The notes under the pieces are model-generated. The model saw only the letters and a list, made by a program, of their open reading frames with translations, was not told the origin of the DNA and did no database searches. Of a DNA stretch of 64,000 nucleotides, positions 59,101 through 64,000 are shown piece by piece (position 1 is the stretch's first letter; each line of letters opens with the position of its first letter). A program made the translations under genes and the position numbers. Source of the stretch: Fimbriosthenelais zetlandica (taxonomy: Eukaryota); NCBI GenBank assembly GCA_977030845.1, contig OZ365111.1:49662001-49726000 (forward strand), in the 5' to 3' direction.

Positions 59101-61385
59101 CCCCAACCCAAAGGACATCCAGATGCATGAGTGGATTCCTGGGACTTCTAAAAGCCCTTAGCATTAATATTAATCCCTCGAGAAAAAGATAAATTTATAA
59201 ACATCGAAAGGAATGATGTCAATTATGTACAACATTTATGAAAACTTTCTCAGTAAATCTCAAAATCAACTGTACCTTCGACTGAACAATGGGAATTAAC
59301 TAAAAAAAAAACTTCTATGCCATCTATAAATTTTTGCCGCGAGTATTATAATCATTCTGATATAGCTATAGGCTGTTTGTCAATCTTAGGCTGAGATTGA
59401 TTAAACACATTAATTAACCATTCTGCGCAGTTATATATAAAATAACTGGCATTGAACCTGTATTCATTGGGTGTATCTTTTAGTGCTAGGATTATAAAAC
59501 ATTTTGGCATATCCTTTCCCATTATTTTCTGACTACATGTATATTGATGTATGTATATAAGCTTATTGTATATTAAGTAAATACAATGTTTAATGTTTAA
59601 AAATTTTGTTTGGCTCATCACTTGACCCCCTTGCTGATAAGTAATATGCATAGGTTAATTATTGCAGTAAAGTAACTAGTATAAGGTTTCAACAATTATT
59701 AGGCAATTCTTGTCTTGTATAATGCCTCAGTTCAGAATCATGTTACACTACATTAATTGATAAGAAATTTAAACGAGGGTGTATTAATAGCTTCTAGAGG
59801 TAAATTCTTTTGTCGGTTTTTAAACCATATAGGGCCTAATTACAGATACTGGAGTTAAAGCCATAGAGTCCATAGAGTTTTCTGAGTGTTATTTTAACTA
59901 AATTTCATGAAGCTACCAATTCATAAATTGCATTGAAATATAATGATATCTAGCTTCCATGTCCGGAAGGGCAACTCTCAAAGGACCTCCAGGCGGAAGT
60001 ACCGATCTTAAGACAAGGCAATTGAGCGATAATGGGGCAGTGGGCGATAATAGAGGTCTCGTCCATTCAGTCGATGCTAACTAATGAGACACAACCCCAT
60101 TGATGGCATACAAACCAATGGCCTGTTATTTTTAGCACACACAGTTATTTTCTCTAGTTAGATCTATATTTAGCTAAGTTTTAATGGGGAAACCCATCAT
60201 GTATATATTAGGCGCAGGTTGAGCCGACATCTTATTGCCTGCCCTCACGGGCACACTTAAACAGATTGGTTTCCCTCGATCTGATCCGGGTAATATTGAA
60301 AGCTCCATTTAATTCAATCTTTCCAAATATATACCAATACCCGGGGTTTCCATTTTCTTATTGTGGTCATTCAAGTGTTATCATTCCTAGCTGAAATACA
60401 AGCAAAAGTATCTACCTTAATCAATTCCGATTAATTAATTTTAATTTTAATGATTATTTGTATGAAAATCTTACTATACTTGAAAGTAGTAACTGAAAAT
60501 GTGACCTCAAACTAAAAGAGCCTGAAATATGCGCGACTTTTTATATACTACTTAAAGTCTCGAAAAGAAATGCCATAAATTTATTGAGAATTTGAAATTT
60601 TACCATTTCATGGTTTAGACTATAGAAGATCACTGTACCCACAGACCTGTTAATGAGCAGACCAATTGAATGTACTAGATGTGTAGGGCCTATACCCAGA
60701 TTTGAAATCCGACTCTGTGAATTCCTATACAGTATAATACATTCTCGATCCAAATTGAAAACCCCATTTCCCACTGTGTCAGATCTAACTCCGATTAAAA
60801 ATAAAAAGTTCAAACTTGGCAAAGTTAGCTGCAGTCTTAGCAGGTGCTAAAAGATTACATTTTGCACCTCCTATTATAATATAATTGAGAAACTTCAACT
60901 CAATCTTTTCTTCTCATTATGTAATAGTCTTCTCTCATTCCCAGCTTGTCGATGGGGTTATTTATTATGTCATACCACCCCTGGATTCTTTTTTCCGCCT
61001 TTAGTGCTCCCTACCCCCTCCCCCACCACCTCCTCCCCCCAACCCCGCTGCCCCTATGCTTAACGCTCCACTTCCTAGGCCATCTCTGACGTCAATGCCC
61101 ACCTGGCGAGAAGCTAGCGCCACTAACACGACTATCGGCCAAGTCAGGAATCACATTCCTCACACTCTTCACAATGTTCCTATCTCCCATACCTTGCCAT
61201 TACCTCCTACAGCATTCAGTACTATGACAGTCGGCGTCTCGAAAAGACCACAACAAGACCTAGTGAGGGAAAAAACTGCACTCTACCCATATAAGCCTTC
61301 AAATATCTACCTACCTGGACATAAATCAAGGTGTGCTACCTATAATAACTATAGAATCAGGTGGGGATATACTTGTAACCTTTAA
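50139..61385 (+). CDS. Uncharacterised Pro/Ser-rich protein, ~522 aa, 9 coding exons
   Basis: Exons 50139-50270, 50735-50839, 52303-52479 (acceptor uncertain), 52685-52785, 53956-54172, 54422-54522, 54974-55191, 57871-58007, 61005-61385 join with junction phases 0,0,0,2,0,2,1,0 into one stop-free frame. In-frame stop just upstream of the ATG. Probable non-coding exon ending at the gtaagt donor at 48843. Confidence 0.78.
52935..53400 (+). repeat. Minisatellite family locus, ~10 units of mostly 43 bp
   Basis: Near-identical ggcatgtaaaggccagctatgtctcccactgtctatggcgaga units at 43-bp spacing from 52981, degrading 3'. Confidence 0.95.
53445..53618 (+). repeat. 58-bp tandem repeat, 3 copies
   Basis: Units start at 53445, 53503 and 53561 (atgatcagattatgttcagagagactgggtatagctatagagagYatggttagagagt). 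Confidence 0.95.
55212..55545 (+). mobile_element. tRNA-derived SINE head (B box) followed by ~5 degenerate minisatellite units
   Basis: GGTTCAATTCC B box at 55242-55252, gataactaggttataaaatgccagc leader, then repeat units. Confidence 0.65.
56785..56850 (-). mobile_element. Degenerate tRNA-derived SINE head
   Basis: Minus strand ...gagtgtgagaggtccctGGTTCAATTCCaat with a degenerate A-box region upstream. Confidence 0.45.
57003..57018. promoter_or_regulatory. Near-palindromic X-box-like motif GGTTACTATGGTAACC (intronic)
   Basis: Fits the RFX consensus GTNRCC/T-NN-RGYAAC; 16-bp palindrome with one mismatched pair. Confidence 0.4.
57160..57385 (+). mobile_element. SINE remnant with ~3-4 minisatellite units and Deu/Nin-like tail
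   Basis: cccagtgctgctaactgggatataaaggccagccatgg... ending gagaacaattgctactattcaaaaagcaggcc. Confidence 0.65.
58131..58341. mobile_element. PIF/Harbinger (Tourist-like) MITE, 211 bp
   Basis: 62-bp TIRs (58131-58192 / 58280-58341, few mismatches) flanked by TTA on both sides. Confidence 0.88.
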
Positions 61386-64000
61386 CACACATATACCAGT
61401 ACCTAAATCTGTGCCAAGTTCTCTTCAGATAAGGAGTATACTGCTCTCTTATATACATACTGTGGGACCTTTGATAACTGACATTTCCCACGGTGTGGAT
61501 TTTGTGGAATTATACTAAAACATGCGAGTGGTTAGGATAGGGGAATGAGCGAGGTCGATTCATTCCATGATAGAAAACACTCCTGTTGTGGTGTCTGCCT
61601 TAAACCTTGCTACCCACGTGTGTGTGCTTAAAGTGTTTGGAAGGAGAAACCAACGGGGCACGAAAAGAGTGGAGAGACGGGGAATCTAATATTATACACA
61701 CACAGCGTCTGTGAGTACAAGTCATCGAAATTCTTCACCATGCTTCATTCCTTTATCCTGTTTTGTAGGGGCACATTCTTAAAGCGTACCATACATATAC
61801 AGTATATAACCTCGGATAAACGATATATATAGATGGTCTAAGAACTCCTTAGCAATACTATTATATAGAACTCTTTAGCAATACTATGTATAGACTTGGA
61901 TAAAATAGATCTATTATTAGGGCTATACTTTGGGTGTTACGGCAAATCATATGAAATGTATAAGGATTTAATTGTGTACATGAATGGAAGGGTCTTAATT
62001 GGACCCCAAATCGGGGCTCCTACGGTGTATAAAATGGGGTCTAATCCAAATTAAAAAGGTCACTTGGGGTTCATTACACTTTGACACTTGGTATTTTTAC
62101 CTGCTTCAAAGGGAAGAAGGCTTGAAATAGGGCATACCCATAGACTTGAAATACTAACATTGAATGTATATAATAAGTCAGCCCTGCCTTCTTTATATGA
62201 AACAGACCACCTTGTATCCTTTTTATAACAGTTTAAATGGTAGTAACTTAAAACATTTTTGGAAATTTAAAAAAAAAGCTGCATACGGTGCATAGCAGGT
62301 CACTAGAGCATATATCAGTATTGAAACCTATGATAAGTGTTACAATAGGCAAAACATGTCCGGTGTTTGGCAGAAAACAAAAGACATAAGATTATCCTCA
62401 ATTCATATCAGATTTTAAATGCATACTATTCCTCACATTTAAAGATATTTTGTATACATATATTTTATTCACCTCCTTCCCCTTTATCCTAGCTTCTTCC
62501 TTAGTTCTTCTTTTTTTCACATTTGCTCCTAGATCTACGCTATTTCTCCCGTTAGTTTATCCGCTTGTTTTACCTTTTATTGTCCAGCCTCGATCATTTT
62601 ATTGATTTACGTTCACATTAGATTCTGGCTAGGGGTATAAACTGGTCCATAAATAGAAAGACCAAATTTAAACCGCTCTTGGCTCCACCTTGTATTTTTC
62701 CTCTAAATGGCCCTCTCATCTCTCTAACACTCTGCCATGCTTTCCAGCCGATTGTTTTAAGTGAGTCTACTCGAGTGGTGAATTGATTCGTGTTACTAAA
62801 ATACAAAGATCGATAAACTTTTTATCCAAGTTCTGTCGATTCAGCAGCAACAAAGCATTGTGTGTACATATGATCCTACACATATCTTCATTTTTCATTC
62901 CGTTTACTCCAAGCTTTTGTTTCTGTTGAGCACAGATTTTGAACCAACTCAAAAAATTACTTGTGTATCCAAACTATTTTTGTCACTGGCCTGTTTTAGA
63001 GAAAGGTGTAGTCTGTACTAAATTAGCTCATAGCGTTACCAGCTGCTAATGTAACACATTTTATTAAGAACCACACCCCAACTTTCCAAAACTGAAACAT
63101 CGGGAAATGTTCCTCGCCGTCTGAATAGTTGAAAACTGGTTTTCAAATATTTGGGATAAAGGCCTACTTCCTCATTCAACGTGTGACATACTTTTTGCAC
63201 GGCAGGCACAAATTCCAGCATTTTTGCAAAATACTTGGAAATATAATCCTTAATTATAGGCTTGACAGGGTATAATTATATACCTATTCAAGTCACCATT
63301 ATTTGTAGCCTATATATGAGGGATAAAAAAGAGCCCACTTCCCTGGTTTTCATAGCCAGTAAGCCTTGAGGGGATAGAGGGAGGAGAGGTGAAGGGCCCG
63401 TGGGAATTTAAGGGGATAAAAATACACAACTTCACAGACCAATGTTTCCCCAACACAAAGCCTATCATCAATGAACGCTGGGTTCACATTGCTGGAAGCT
63501 ATTTATAGACCTTGGTTTCCATGTGAAAACAACAAAACAGGCATATTACCCGAGACTGCTGCCTTCATTAATTATATTATTAATTCTCATTAAGGTTGAC
63601 GTCTATCACTGACACTCTCTAGAACATATTAATTAGGTTACTGACGCATTTTCCTCTTCACAAACAAGCGAAAATGATTGATGAAGGTTTGTTCTAAATC
63701 ACACACTTTTGCGTGAATGCCAGAAAGTAGGATGAAGCCAGAGATATGGATACATTTACTAGACTTATGATTATTATATCATCAAAATAATAGCAACTAT
63801 ACTACAGATTGTCACTAATCTTTCCCATGTGTTTGCAAATTGTATACCATTGTCTTTTTATTCCTGCTGTAAATGAAAACCATAGAAAAGAAATCGGAAT
63901 ATAATCCATGTAGTAATGTATCGTAATTGTATATCTTTAGACTCGTAGAGATACCTGTATAGGAAGGGAGGGTTCGGAGAGTGTACAAATGGTCCGGGCC

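Noticed and set aside
59954-60025. Possible extra exon of the orphan gene (LPCPEGQLSKDLQAE...)
   Set aside because: Weak splice signals and not needed, since 58007 joins 61005 in phase.
63036-63221. 61-aa minus-strand ORF near the window end
   Set aside because: No recognisable motif and no phase-compatible partner exons found.

Overview
AT-rich animal genomic DNA with GT-AG introns and one assembly gap (25080-25247). The gene and SINE content suggests a marine lophotrochozoan-type invertebrate (inference). Seven protein-coding models are supported: a multi-exon SLC6 glycine-transporter-like gene (+, N-terminus uncertain); a single-exon sex-peptide/MIP-receptor-like GPCR (-); an intronless tektin-3/5 (+); two intact tandem UNC93A-like paralogues (+); a single-exon protocadherin-like ORF with 5 cadherin repeats and no transmembrane segment (-); and, head-to-head with it, an unrecognised 9-exon ~522-aa Pro/Ser-rich gene (+) that I assembled by splice-phase chaining. 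Non-coding DNA holds several MITE/foldback elements, tRNA-derived SINE fragments, a LINE remnant and short tandem repeats. The most unusual features are: (1) a 42-44 bp minisatellite that appears to have expanded inside a Deu/Nin-domain-like SINE and occurs at 8 intronic sites, always sense to the host gene, with units carrying GCATG and GGTGAG motifs; (2) the orphan gene with RFX X-box-like motifs; (3) substitutions at normally conserved functional residues in the transporter, the GPCR and the tektin. All family assignments come from recalled motifs; no database search was run.
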